A stretch of 64,000 nucleotides of DNA, taken from the NCBI GenBank assembly GCA_951406725.2, contig OX597815.1, positions 169,818,001 to 169,882,000 on the forward strand, in the 5' to 3' direction. The number at the start of each line of letters is the position of its first letter. Positions within the stretch are counted from its first letter, which is position 1. Source of the stretch: Octopus vulgaris. Lineage: Eukaryota. Below the pieces are notes generated by a model. That model saw nothing but the letters and a program-made list of their open reading frames with translations. It was not told the origin of the DNA and did no database searches. A program made the translations under genes and the position numbers. Positions 12,469 through 25,929 of the stretch are shown here, in pieces.

Positions 12469-12525
12469 TTAGCAACTATTAGTTGTGATAAAAACCTTAT
12501 GGTTGGATCTAAAGAAGTTGCAGGC

Positions 12526-12819
12526 CAGCAGTCTCAAACTTCTTTTGCTCCACGGACTGATTTCATGCAAAGCATTTTTTCCACGGATCGGAGGATCACG
12601 TCCATAACGGAACAATAAAATGCACAACATATATTTTAATTATTTCATATATATATAATGCAATATTATTATATGTGTAATACATATATAATGCAAAAAC
12701 ACCCTGGAAGCTGTGATAGTCAATGAAATAGAAAAGAAAAATTATTCTTTCTGTGCAATCCGCTACCAAATGATCCCCATCCCAGTACTGGTTTGAGGCC
12801 TTGTAGTTGGGGATCCCTG
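12526..12819. mobile_element. hAT (Charlie-like) MITE
   Basis: Termini cagcagtctcaaac / gttggggatccctg resemble CAGGGGTCCCCAAC hAT TIRs. No clear 8-bp TSD. Confidence 0.55.
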
Positions 12820-12910
12820 TTCATAACCGATCATAGCGTATGTCAGCAGTTATACTTTACGAGGTAACTCACCATGGACTTCGAAAAATAAGAAAAAAAC
12901 AACCTTACAA

Positions 12911-13268
12911 TATCATTTTATAAGAATCTTATCTACAAAGCATTTGTCTAAGACTAAAATTCATCTATAAATGTAACCAAAACTACAATAACAGATTAGA
13001 ATAAAAAAAGGTTTGCCATTAGTGGTAACATCGTGATCCAAAACAAATTTTAAGAACACCACTTGACTCTTAGCGGATTTCATTCCATTGCAGTATTATT
13101 TTATAAGAATCTTATCTTCAAAGTATTTGTCTAAGACTAAAGTTCATCTATAAATGTAAGTGAAATTACAATAACAAATTAGGATAAAAAGGTTTGCCAT
13201 TACTGATAACAGCGTAATTCAGTTTTAAGACTATCACTTGACTCTTAGCGGATTTCAGTCCGTTGCAG
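12911..13268. repeat. Diverged tandem duplication, two ~180-bp units
   Basis: Both units start ta(tc/tt)attttataagaatcttatct and end cacttgactcttagcggatttca..ttgcag. Confidence 0.85.
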
Positions 13269-13738
13269 GGATTTTAAATTTGAGGCTCACTGATCCAGCT
13301 GATAGTAGTTCCCCCACTAGATGCGACTATGCGTTCGGTCTCGTGAGTAACATATAAGGACTCTGCCCCATTTTCTGACAGACTCACCAGTGGCCATTGA
13401 ATTATAACTGGGTTATTTATAGGGATCAAAGCAGTGGCTAGCAACAAGCCACGAATAGCATTTTTACCTTCTCTTTTACCTGACAGTCTCGAAGTCTGGC
13501 AATGGTCAGAGGTGATGCTTTTCGTATGCCGTGAAAATGGGTAGATGGGTAGAGTGAAATTACATATGATAAACAGGTAGACATACAGATAGATAGATAC
13601 ACAGGTAATATGAACAAACAAGCACACATACACACACATACAAACACGCAAACACATGAATATGCAGAATACATACAAACGTACATACATATATACACAT
13701 ATACATACATATCTATCTATCTATCTATCTATCAATCA

Positions 13739-14140
<402 letters not shown>

Positions 14141-14507
14141 CATAAGGGTGCGTGTGTGTATGAGAGAGTATGTGGTGCGTATGAAAGGTCTGGACGTGTG
14201 TATGTATGATGTGATGTGTAATGTCGTATGGTGTATATATATATATGCATATATGCACATACACACACCCATATATACATACAGACACACACATACATGC
14301 TTAAATATATACATATGTGTATGCACACGCACACTGACCCGTATACAAGCGCACAAACAAAAAGAACGCAGCTCGGATAACGACTGTTGAAACGGTTACA
14401 AGACGCAACGAAAATTTTAGAAAAAAATAAAGAAGTAAATGAGTGGAAATTTTACCGGTGAGTGTGTTAAATAATAAGGCACAAAAGGAAAATGACTTTT
14501 CCCAGAC

Positions 14508-14544
<37 letters not shown>

Positions 14545-14569
14545 AATTTAGCATACTTCAGATCAAGAA

Positions 14570-14780
14570 ACATGGTAAATATTACTTTCAAATTATGGTA
14601 CAAGACCAGCAATTTTAGAGATGGGATAAATCGATTACATTGACCCCAGTATTCAAATGGTACTTGTTTTATCGACCCTGTAAGAATGAATGAAAGTCGA
14701 CCTCGGCTGAGTTTGTAAACAGAACGTAAAGACGGACGAAACGCGGTTAAGCATTTTGCCCGGCGTGCCAGCTCAGCGCA
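14570..14780 (-). mobile_element. SINE family A, diverged
   Basis: Reverse complement of the family A core. Confidence 0.75.
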
Positions 14781-15365
14781 TCAAATGTAGAAAGTTATTA
14801 AAACATATTTCATCTTTATAGATGAGGCCAACAGTTTTGAAAAAAAATTTGTATGTATTGATAATATTTACAGAAATGTATGTTCAAGACACAAGATAAT
14901 TAAAAATTTTTATCAATAGGTTTTGATGGAACTGTAGCTATTTCGTTTGGTAAGTAAATACGATTAGTTCTGTAAGTAAGGAGCAAATGTAATTATTTCC
15001 ATGAATATTTCCTGATTAGAAATAAAGTGAATTTTCTTTTGTATTGATGTTATTCGTGAAAGCTCACCTGTCCATTGATTTCAAGAGATACTCGCAGTAG
15101 GTGTGGAGAAGTCTGGGAAGCAGAACGTCTAAGAAATTCTAAGTAGAAAGTATCACTGCACAGTATATCACTGAAACAGTAGCAGCAAATACAGTTGCAC
15201 TTTAAGACTCAGTGTCCGTTTAAATAACTTTAGGTGAGTAATATAACGCCTTACCTGCATCATTGAGCGTAAATTGTTCAAGAGTCACTTAATGTAATTT
15301 CGACACTCTGCAAAACCTACTGTCATAGATAAACTAACCTACAGAAATATATTGTATATCTTTGA

Positions 15366-15832
15366 AGGCGGCGAGCTGGCAGAAACGTTAGCACGCCGGG
15401 CGAAATGCTTTAGCAGTATTTCGTCTGCCGCTACGTTCTGAGTTCAAATTCCGCCGAGGTCGACTTTGCCTTTCATCCTTTCGGGGTCGATTAAATAAGT
15501 ACCAGTTACGCACTGGGGTCGATGTAATCGTCTTAATCCGTTTGTCTGTCCTTGTTTGTCCTCTCTGTGTTTAGCCCCTTGTAGGTAGTAAAGAAATAGG
15601 TATTTGTAGGTAGTAAAGAAATAGGTATTTGTAGGTAGTAAAGAAATAGGTATTTCGTCTGTCGTTACGTTCTGAGTTCAAATTCCGCCGAGGTCGACCT
15701 TGCCTTTCATCCTTTTGGGGTCGATAAATAAAGTACCAGTTTCGCACTGGGATTGATGTAATCGACTTAATACCATTGTTTGTCCTTGTTTGTCCCCACT
15801 ATGTTTAGCCCCTTGTGGGTAGTAAAGAAATA
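15366..15832 (+). mobile_element. SINE family A dimer with reiterated 25-bp junction
   Basis: tgtaggtagtaaagaaataggtatt occurs three times at ~15580-15655 between the two bodies. Confidence 0.9.
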
Positions 15833-15854
15833 TATATTGTATATCTTAACTATT

Positions 15855-16020
15855 CCGCGTAGCTTGGTGGCTACGGTGTTGGGTTCCCAGTCAAAAGGTC
15901 GTGGGCTCGATATCTGCACGGGCGGTTTGTGCACCTGAGGAGGGCACTGTATTTCACGTTGTTCAAGTATACTCAGCTGAAAGTGTACATCAGGCAAGTA
16001 CTGAGGCTGCCCTCTATCTA
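15855..16020 (+). mobile_element. SINE family C-like, diverged
   Basis: cgcgtagcttggtggctacggtgttgg..gggctcgatatc tRNA-like head. Confidence 0.55.
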
Positions 16021-16689
16021 ACATTGTGAATACATAGGCACCAAAAGCAATTAGTGAAAACATATGTTGCCAAGCTATACTAGTTTGCGAGGGCTATGGT
16101 TACTTACAGATTATATTTTAAGAAACCATCAATTATTTTCTTTCCTTTATCCGAAGACTCTAATATTTCCATATTTCTGTGCACTCTTGACAACATTACC
16201 GAATGTAAACGTATAATCAGTCTTTTGAAGCTAGCTAAAAGCTGAAATACGGGAACCAGTGAGAGTGTGTGCATATATGCAACAGTTGAATTAAATTTGA
16301 ATTTTGCAGAATGTTGTTAAATTCCATTGTCGTGGGGGAAGTTAAACGCTTCGGGCAATTGACTTTCAACGGAAAGTAGAGAAAAAGAAGCCGTTGTGGG
16401 ATTGTAACTGAACTATATTTCAATGGAACCATACCCTTCCCCTCTCTTCCTATTGATGCTATAGTCTCCGAAGTAACCGTTTTAAAATGTCTCCTATTTG
16501 AATATGATATATCTTCCGGGCACTTGATCTCCTCAATTTTCAGGTTACCTGCGTATTTATTTAATTACATATTTATTTTTATTCTATGTTACTAAAATAG
16601 TGCGTTTGTTTCTATTTAGAGGATATTTTCACTAAGGTATTCCAATAATATTGTGCAGGAGGCTATAAGTATGTATTTATGGTCTATTT

Positions 16690-16741
<52 letters not shown>

Positions 16742-17752
16742 GTAAATATGTATTTCTTGATAATTGCTTAGGTTTTCTTGTTTCCATCACATTAAGTGCT
16801 TGTAGCTACCAAACCGCAAATCTATTTTATTGGATTTCGAATTAAATCAACGCTTATGTTTTCACATGTATGAGTCTATAAATGTATTCATGTTCGAATG
16901 TACTAATATTTGTCATTAACGGATGCAAATGGAGAATTTTCGAAATGGTTTTTCATATTTCTCTGTCAATGACCGATACGTCAAGAGAATGTAATTAAGT
17001 TTGTTCTATTCTTTCCTAAAGAATTCCTGTATTTCTTAGATTGGTGTGTAAACATTTGTGCCATATATAAGAGTGCCACTGATTATATATGATTCAATAA
17101 ATATCTCTTAGCAAATTAAAAAAAAAAAAACGAAAAAAAAAACAAAAAAAAACAACGCAAACTGTAAGTTGCATATCAATTAACTGGAGATAGTCTCTGT
17201 ATTCGGAACTTTAAAAGCAACAGCTTATCTTCACAACTGTATATATATTTTTGCTGCCTTTAGTAAAAAAAATCGATGCGAGAGCGAGAAGATATCATCT
17301 AAATGTTTCAAAACATTTCTGTTTTAAAACATGTGAATATATTCTGTATCTATGGTGCCTTTGGTCTTTTCATGAGTGTACTCTTTCCTACGGACATAAT
17401 TCTTATAAGAACAGTTTCATTGGTAGGTATCATACTACACACAGTATACATAAAGTTATATAATGGTATATCTTTAACGTTCTACAACGTTAAAGATATA
17501 TCTGAGATTTTTTATCACATCGTTGCAGCCTGAAGACGTCATGTTTGTTATTTGATGTTTTTTGTTCATTCTTGGGTTAAATATGTATGCTAAGCTTACC
17601 ACAATATCATATATGCATACATACATATGAATATATAGACATATATTAGTGTTTGTTCTTTATGCATAGTTATATGTAAAAACAGTCAAAATAATTGAAG
17701 AATCATTCAGTACGTACGTATAAATAGAGTATTACTTTTAACTTCGTCAATG

Positions 17753-17795
17753 ACTATCTGACGAAGGCATTTGAGCTGAAATTTGAAGTCATTGT
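17753..17795 (+). ncRNA. Degenerate hammerhead-like motif
   Basis: ACTAT / CTGACGA / A-GGC-ATTTGA-GCT / GAAAT-TTGAA-GTC / ATTGT. Stems are weak. Confidence 0.4.
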
Positions 17796-17850
17796 GAACT
17801 TTTCCTTGTATGTGTGTGAGCGTGTGTGTGTACGTGCGTGCGTGCGTGCA

Positions 17851-17881
<31 letters not shown>

Positions 17882-17884
17882 AGA

Positions 17885-18980
17885 TCAGTGATCAGGTATT
17901 TATACTTGAAAGGTTGTACACCAAAAGAGACTTTCGATGCGATGAAAGAAGTTTATCATACGACGTAATCAAGTACTGGCATCGCCAGTTCAAATGTGGT
18001 CGGACATCAGTGAAAACTGCTCCTATTCCTGTATTACTAGAATCCGCCACTGAAGACGACACCATCCATAAAGTGGAAGCTGCCATTTTGGGGGATCGCC
18101 GCATAACTATTCTGCAACTAGCTTAAGAAATGAAGATAAGTGTAGAGCCCGTGGAAATAATCATTCACGACCATTCGTAGACACGGAAGTTATCTGCACG
18201 ATGGATTCCCTGGATGCTGAAACCTTTTCAGAAGCAGGGGCGAGCGTGTCAATAGCTCCCAGGTTCTTTTGGTAATGTGCCAAGAAATCAAGGAGGTTAT
18301 TTTCGGTAGATTTATCACACAGGATGAAACATGGGTCTATGGGTCCATCACTATGATCCTGAGGCTACAGTCCAGTCGAAGCAATGAAAGCATGATAACT
18401 CTCCGCCTCCATAGAAGGCTCATGTTCAACCCTCAGCGGGCAAGGTGATGCTCACAGTCTTTTGGGACCAGCACAGAGTAGAGATGATGGATTTTCTGGC
18501 AAAAGACGCAATAATTCACGGAGCATATTATACTTCTCTGCTGCAAAAATTGCGGGACGCCGTCAAAGCAGAGAGGCGTGGTATGCTGACCAAAGTAGTC
18601 CGCCTCCTTCAAGATTACACCCCAGTTCACAATGCGCATGTTGCCCAGATGAAAGCACACTCCTGCAGCGATGAGATTCTCCCTCATTCCCCTTAATCTC
18701 CGGACCTCACACCGTCTGACTTCTACCGCTTTCCAAATATGAAGTCTTTTTTGAAGGGAAATTACTTTTACAGATGATGGATGAACTTATGTCCGAGAGA
18801 AAGTCTTGCCTCCAGACGCAACCTATCAATTTCTACAGACGAGGCCTTCACAGCTGCTTAAAGCGCTGGGAGAAGTGTGTTACCATTGGTGGTGGCTATG
18901 TAGACTTATAATTACTCTAAGTTTCGGTTATCCCAGTCTTTGGGAAGTGAGTTAGGGTAATACTTAATGAACACCCAGTG
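17885..18980 (+). pseudogene. Decayed mariner (DD34D) transposase with 3' TIR
   Basis: Motifs WHRQFKCGRTS, ITQDETWV, KVMLTVFWD, LLQDYTPVH, HSP*SPDLTPSDF. Stops and frameshifts. Ends aatacttaatgaacacccagtg-TA. Confidence 0.9.
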
Positions 18981-19392
18981 TATATACAGATAAATATACA
19001 TGTAATTAGTACTGGGGTGGTTACATTCGACTAAAAATTCTTCAAGGCGGTGCCCCAGTATGGCTGCATTCTAATCATTGAAACAAGTAAAAGAAAAAGA
19101 TTAAAGAGATATACATGCATATGTTTGGTATGTTCCTCCGGGTATCCAGGTTGGGAAGATGCAATCATCTCTGTCTATGTTGTTATAAGCTAATTTGCCA
19201 GATACGTAAGACATGGTTGCATGTTTCACTTCTTTACATATACAGAAGTGCCATCCTTCTTATTTACATTCATCTCTGTTCAAGAACTGTGTAGAACATC
19301 TAAGTATAACTCAGACGTCTTCAAAATTTAAAATAATTTCTTTTTCACTTGTATAAAAGTACATATATATATTTCTGTTCGGAAATGTTTAT

Positions 19393-19563
19393 TTCTTCTT
19401 CTTCTTCTTCTTCTTCTTCTTCTTCTTCTTCTTCTTCTTCTTCTTCTTCTTCTTCTTCTTCTTCTTCTTCTTCTTCTTCTTCTTCTTCTTCTTCTTCTTC
19501 TTCTTCTTCTTCTTCTTCTTCTTCTTCTTCTTCTTCTTCTTCTTCTTCTTCTTCTTCTTCTTC
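19393..19563. repeat. Pure (TTC)n microsatellite
   Basis: Read directly from the sequence. Confidence 0.97.
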
Positions 19564-20552
19564 GGTTGAAATGATATTGTAAGAAGCTGTCTAGACTAGC
19601 AGTATCTTCTGGCAACCTTACTGTCTTATTTTTTTTTTTTACGCTCTTGAATTTAAGATAAATGCCAATGTCACTACCGTAAAAGTTACTGGTGCAATGT
19701 TGTTAAAATTTCATGTTGTTTCCTTGCCCTGATTGTAGTTTTTACAAGCGTTCAGTGTAGCAATACTTATATTTTTTCTCAGATAATTAGCACTGCAATC
19801 GTATTGAATAGATGTGGAAGTGTGACTCCACCTACCAGACGTTCTGAACTTAGCTGAATTATTCTTTCGTGAATTTACATTTATTTACAGTACGAGGTTC
19901 TTCTGTCATCGAGGACAAGATAAATAGCAAATCACTGTTGTCATTATTCGTTGTCTAGTTCATGATTCTACCGAATTCTATTACTCTATCTTGCGAGAAA
20001 TTCGTGACCAAATCTAATTGTCTTTTAATGCTATAAGTATTAGAGATTTAGGTCATCAACAAAAAAGGACTGACATTAGATTTGTTGTATATTGCTATTT
20101 TCTATTGAGCTAAGTATGTAAATACGTTTCTTCCTTAATAATAACTGATAAAGGTTACCTATGAGAATGAGCGGTGGCGAGATAGGCCATCATACTGAAG
20201 TATTCCTTTAGTTAGCTTAATTTTGTTTTATCTTCGTATATACTTGCTTCAGTGACAACCAAGTTGACAATGATTTTTTTTTTCTCAGCAGTTTTAATAT
20301 ACGCGGATTGAACTACGATTACTGACTCTGCCTATCTCTCTATGCAGTCTAAAAATACTACCGCAATGCATCTGCTATATAGCGCCACGGTACTTGAGAA
20401 CGTCTTTGTTTATGAGAAATTGTTTCATACAAGAGTACTTCCTCTCTCTCTCTCTGTCCTTTAGTTTGTTTGCAAAACCGACCACGTTGTTAGAGAAACT
20501 ATATATACTGAAATCTCAGTACAGTTTCTAAGTACTATATAATGGTAATTAA

Positions 20553-20872
20553 ATGTATGTATGTATGTATGTATGTATGTATGTATGTATGTATGTATGT
20601 ATGTATGTATGTATGTATGTATGTATGTATGTATGTATGTATGTATGTATGAGTGTGTGTATGTGTGTGTGTATGTATGCATGTATGAATGCATGTATGT
20701 ATGTATGTATGTATGTATGTATGTATGTATGTATGTATGTGTGTGTATGTATGTATGAATGTATGTATGTATTAATGCATGCATGTATGTATGCATGTAT
20801 GCATGTGTATGTATGTACGTGTATGTATGTATGTATGTATGTATGTATGTATGTGTGTATGTGTGTGTATGT
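20553..20872. repeat. (ATGT)n compound microsatellite
   Basis: Read directly from the sequence. Confidence 0.95.
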
Positions 20873-21332
20873 GGTCAAGCAAGAGTGTGTTTATGAATGC
20901 TCGTATGTATATACTATCTATGTATGAATGCAAGTATATATTCAGTTGTTCTCTTCCTTCTCTTTTTCCATTTCTCTTTTTCCATTTCTCTTTTTCTCTC
21001 TCTTCCTCTCTCTCGCTCCATTTCTTTGATATTTCCGACAAAGAAGAGTCGTTCAAACAAAAATTGTTCTTTCATTAAGATTCCTACTTAAATTATAGAT
21101 GGGCATTTATATTTCCTTGTTTTGATAGACTATGCAATGTGGCTCCCTATTTAGTATTACAAATTAAGAAATACACACGCGCGCGCACACACACTCACAC
21201 ACATACACACACACACAGACACACGTATCAGTAATAAGCGTATAATATAATGATTAGAAATATATATCTCCTTTTTACTTCTCGCTCTCTATATCTATTT
21301 ATCACTCCATATATCCGTGTTTGAGCACCCGC

Positions 21333-21375
<43 letters not shown>

Positions 21376-21714
21376 TACATATATGTGTGTGTATGTGTCA
21401 GCATGAAATAAAACATGAAAGATTGTTTATAAGATATTAAGTTACACCATCATCCATAGGTTCATTAACATAAAGTGATTATAATTTACATAACGTAAAT
21501 TACCTAATCATGACTTATCGTCAAATCGTAAGAGACGTATAACCTTTATCTGCAACATTATTGGATTGAAAATACGTTGACAAAATCACGCAAGTACATA
21601 CATACATACATACATACATACATACATACATACATACATACATACATACATACATACATACATGCATGCATGCATACATACATACATGCATGCATGCATA
21701 CATACATACATACA

Positions 21715-21748
<34 letters not shown>

Positions 21749-21879
21749 CATACATACATACATATATACATACATATATACATATACATATATGCATATA
21801 TATAAATACACATATATATATGTATGTATGCCTGTATATTTATTTATATATGATACAAAATAGTTCATATATAGTCACA

Positions 21880-22021
21880 GGTATGGGTGTGTGGTAGGAA
21901 GCTTGCTTCCCAACCACAATGGTTCCGGGTTCTGCTCCACTGCATGGTACCTTGGGTAAGTGTATTCTACTTATAGCCTTGTAAATGTGTTTGGTAGACG
22001 GAAACCGTAAGAAGCCTGTCG

Positions 22022-22056
<35 letters not shown>

Positions 22057-22230
22057 CTGTGTTTGTCTCCCAACTACTATCTCTTGACAATAGATGTTGG
22101 TGTGTTTACGTCCCCGTAACCTAGCGGTTCGTCAAAAGTGAACAACAGAATTAGTTCTAGGCTTCGAACTCTTTAAGGCGCTGCTGCAGCATGGCTTCAG
22201 TAAAATGACTGAAATATGTAAAGAATGATA
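21880..22230 (+). mobile_element. SINE family B
   Basis: Head, core and tail match 4880-5260. Confidence 0.8.
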
Positions 22231-22459
22231 TAAATTCGAAATACTTCGTTTCACGTTCTTCTAGTTCCCTCAATTGGAAGTGGGTAACCCTGCCACAAAC
22301 TGGTGGGATGTGCTGCCCGTCTAGCCAATGGGTTGGCATCATTCGAAAGCTACAACTCTGCGAGGAAGCGCATTGTGACCAGCGGTGTGTCTCGTCCATA
22401 TAGTGATATATATATAAATAAATGAAAGAATGGAGTCGAACGAAGATTTTAACAAAATT

Positions 22460-22554
22460 CCTTTACTCTCGACACATGTTTCGTAGACGGCATACTTTTA
22501 ATTTCGAAGGAATAAAGGATGCATTATGCCATCTTCTCATCAGGAAAGATAAGG
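22460..22554 (-). ncRNA. Type I hammerhead ribozyme, canonical core, long stem II
   Basis: Minus strand: CTTTC / CTGATGA / GAAGATGGCATA..TATGCCGTCTAC / GAAAC-ATGT-GTC / GAGAG. Stem II has 11 of 12 positions paired. Predicted cleavage after the C at 22471. Confidence 0.8.
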
Positions 22555-23024
22555 AGCCTCTTTCAGGCACAAGACGAACAAAATTTTTTGATGGTTGCCT
22601 ACATGGTGACCACAGTGATAATGAGTGTTTTTTAAAAATAATCCGTTATAAGCAATGACGTCAAAAGTGGGTAGAAGTAGGAAGTAGAAAAAAATAGGTA
22701 GGGGACAATATGTATGCTGTATGTATGGGGATGTCGAGTGTGTGCTTGTGTTAATGAGTGCGAGTGTTTGTGTATGTGTATGAGTGTGTGTATATAACTG
22801 CATTTGTGTCTGTGTGTGTGTATGTGTGATTGTGTGTGAGGGAGACAAACGTCAAATATACTTAGTAGTAAGGTGTAAAATTTGTGTCTGTGTGTTTGAT
22901 TGTGTGTGTGAAAGAGAGAGAGATATAAATATACGTCAAAGATATTTAGTAGCAATGGGACATATAACGGAGCAGAAAGAAAGATCGAAGGCATAGTAAA
23001 GAATTTGTCTATGGCAGTGGTGTG

Positions 23025-23361
23025 GACATGAAGCTAATTGTTAAAACTACAGTGGCTATCTATATTATTTTATTTATATGAGTGGAAAGTGTACATTTGT
23101 ACGATTTTTCTATGAGTGTGTTTACTAGGGGAACCTTGGCGAAAAGGATATAGAATAGTTCAGAATTACAAATGTTACAACATTTCCTGCCCTTATCAAA
23201 AGGAAAGGATACATACAATATAAACCAATCCAACTTGAAAGTTATATTGTTGTCTTTAAGACGCCAAACTAATTTACTCAGTCCTGTACTGATATAAATA
23301 AAACTCATATAAATAAAATAATATAGATAACCACTGTAGTTTTAACAATTAGCTTCATGTC
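23025..23361. repeat. 59-bp inverted repeat around a ~220-bp spacer (MITE-like or local inversion)
   Basis: 23025-23083 vs 23303-23361, one mismatch. No TSD seen. Confidence 0.8.
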
Positions 23362-23589
23362 TTTCCTCTGAATCTACTATTATCCAGTGCTTTGTTATAA
23401 TGATGGAAGAATATTATGTCATCACTATGAGGAGCGTCACCGCAAGCAGTAGGGGTCAAACAATCAAATAATTACGACTCAGAAACCAAATATGTACTAC
23501 TGAGAAGATAAAGGCAATTGTCACTGGCAGTCTTTGACCGCACGCAGTACCACCGACGACGGCTTCGGCGGCGCCGCACTACTCGGAGA

Positions 23590-23730
23590 AGCGCTAATTA
23601 ACGCGCTGGTTAACGGGTCAGAATATCGTTAAATGTCGGAAACAAACGAATTGCTCCACCAACTAAGAACGGTTATGAACCACCGCCCACTGAATCAAGA
23701 AAGACATCTCGATCTGTCAATACTACCGGT
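23590..23730 (-). pseudogene. Decayed 18S rRNA fragment
   Basis: gctccaccaactaagaacggttatgaaccaccgcccactgaatcaagaaagacatctcgatctgtcaat matches the antisense of conserved 18S sequence GCTCCACCAACTAAGAACGGCCATGCACCACCACCCAC..AATCAAGAAAGAGCT..AATCTGTCAATC, with substitutions. Confidence 0.85.
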
Positions 23731-24313
23731 ACACTAGGACAATTTTAGGCAAAGCTGAATCACTGGTTCTCGGGGACATATAATCTCTTAGATAAAAAGC
23801 AGAATGTGTGAGGGCAGTTTCAAGAACAGTTATATATATATACGATAGACCAAATTATTGAGATGCAAATATAAGTAGGAGGACACGATTTTCAAGTCAC
23901 TTATGGCACTTCTCCACATTAATAAGTTTAATATCACGCGGTTGATCTATATTACATGTCAGTAACAAGCACACCCATTGTTGAAATTTCTGTGATTTTC
24001 GTAATGGGGAAAAACAATTCATCTTCATCTAGATAACAAACAACTTAAAAGAACTGAGTTAATTTGTAATTGCCTGCTCGGAAACAAGTTTACTCTTTAC
24101 TCGAATCCAAATAAAAACTTGAAAACGGAAAGCCCGTAGAATATCCTAATCTTAACTCTAACCCCTACACAAAACAAATTGAAAGCTAGTACAACAAGCT
24201 GAAGCCCGCTTATAAACGCCGACTTGGGTAACCGTTCCCTTAGTCGACACTATTTAAGACACGTCCGTGTACATGGGCATGAAATTCAGATTAACAGCGC
24301 TGTGACGTTATAT

Positions 24314-24732
24314 ATTTATTTCTTGTTGCCCACAAGGGGCTAAACATAGAGGGGACAAACAAGTACAGGCATGGGGATTAAGTCGATTATATCGACGCCA
24401 GTGATTAACTGGTACTTATTTAATCGACCCCGAAAGGATGAAAGGCAAAGTCGATCTCGGCGGAATTTGAACTCAGAACGTAACGGCAGACGAAATACCT
24501 ATTTCTTTATTACCCACAAGGGGCTAAACATAGAGGGGACAAACAAGTACATACAAGGGGATTAAGTCGATTATATCGACCCCAGTGATTAACTGGTACT
24601 TATTTAATCGATCCCGAAAGGATGAAAGGCAAAGTCGACCTCGGCGGAATTTGAACTCAGAACGTAGCGGCAGACGAATTATCGCTAAGCATTCCGCCCG
24701 GCGTGCTAACATTTCTGCCAGCTCGCCGCCTT
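24314..24732 (-). mobile_element. SINE family A dimer
   Basis: Two tandem bodies. Probable TSD ctgtgacgttatatatt at ~24299 and ~24733. Confidence 0.9.
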
Positions 24733-25579
24733 CTGTGACGTTATATATTAACTATCTACCGAGGTTGATGTGTTAAATTGTTTACTGGCATCATTTGTAG
24801 TATTGTTGTGAACGCAATAACACAAACTCAGTACTACATATAATAGAGGTGTATGCAAAAAATGGAGTGCTAACTGAGAGTAATCTCGAAACACAATAGA
24901 AGTTTATACTCTACTTTTGTATTGAATATATCTTATCTCTTTAAAATCAAAAGCACGCGAACACACGCGCAAACACTGTGTGTACATATGTGTGTATTTG
25001 TGAGTGTGTGTGTGTGTGTGTTTGTGTGTGTGTGTATCGATACTCTCGAACATTATCAAACCGAAATGTGTGATATAGACGAAAACTTTTCCCAGCAGCA
25101 AAAATATATCTGCTCGGAGATAATTTCTGAATACTGAATTCTGAAGAGAATCAATTATGTAAGAGATTAGTAAATAGATGAAAGAAGAGATATATTCGGT
25201 AATGCTAGATTCTTTGCGTTACACATCCACAAATACACACGCACGCGCACGCACACACATATACTGTAAATATACTAAGTTGTTGGAACATCGATGAGTT
25301 ATTGAAATTTTGCAAGATACATTATTAACGAAAAACATAATTTAACGCAGTTACTGCTGTGAAAAATTTTCCGCCATTTACATTTCAAACACGGTGGTTA
25401 TCTCTTGCACGGTACACTTGCAACTTGTTGTTCACGTTGTCGCTACTGTTGCTACAGTGGTAGCTGTTTTTTATTTGGGGTGGGGGGTGGGGGTGGTTAG
25501 TCCCCAACTCAGTTCCCAATGAACAAACTTCTGACAGACTGCGACCACCCTGTGTACCGCCTTGAAGGTCAACCCAAGT

Positions 25580-25870
25580 ACTAAAATCTGGTGTTTATTC
25601 TATCGGTCTCTTTTCGCTGAATCATTAGATTACAGGGACGTAAACAGACAGACACCGGATGTCAATCGTGTGGTAAAAATATAGACACAAAGACATATGA
25701 ACACAAATATTAATATACACAAAGGGCTTCCTCGCAGTTTCTCTTTCCCAATTTCACTCACAGTCTGGGGCTATGATAGATGATACTTGTCCAAAGTACT
25801 GCACAATGGGACTGAACCCGGAACCACGTGGTTGACTAACGAGCTTCTTAACGACAGAGCCAATCTTGTC
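25580..25870 (-). mobile_element. SINE family B, diverged
   Basis: Reverse complement of the family B head and core. Confidence 0.7.
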
Positions 25871-25929
25871 CTGTGCATCCATGTACAGAAGTATGTTATG
25901 ATCCACGTTGGTCTTACGAAGGCCCTATA

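Noticed and set aside
15580-15655. 25-bp direct repeats resembling a CRISPR array
   Set aside because: No spacers, eukaryotic context, and they are a reiterated SINE junction.
16235-16548. ~104-codon open frame on the minus strand after a CAG
   Set aside because: No polypyrimidine tract and no recognisable protein; cannot be supported without RNA data.
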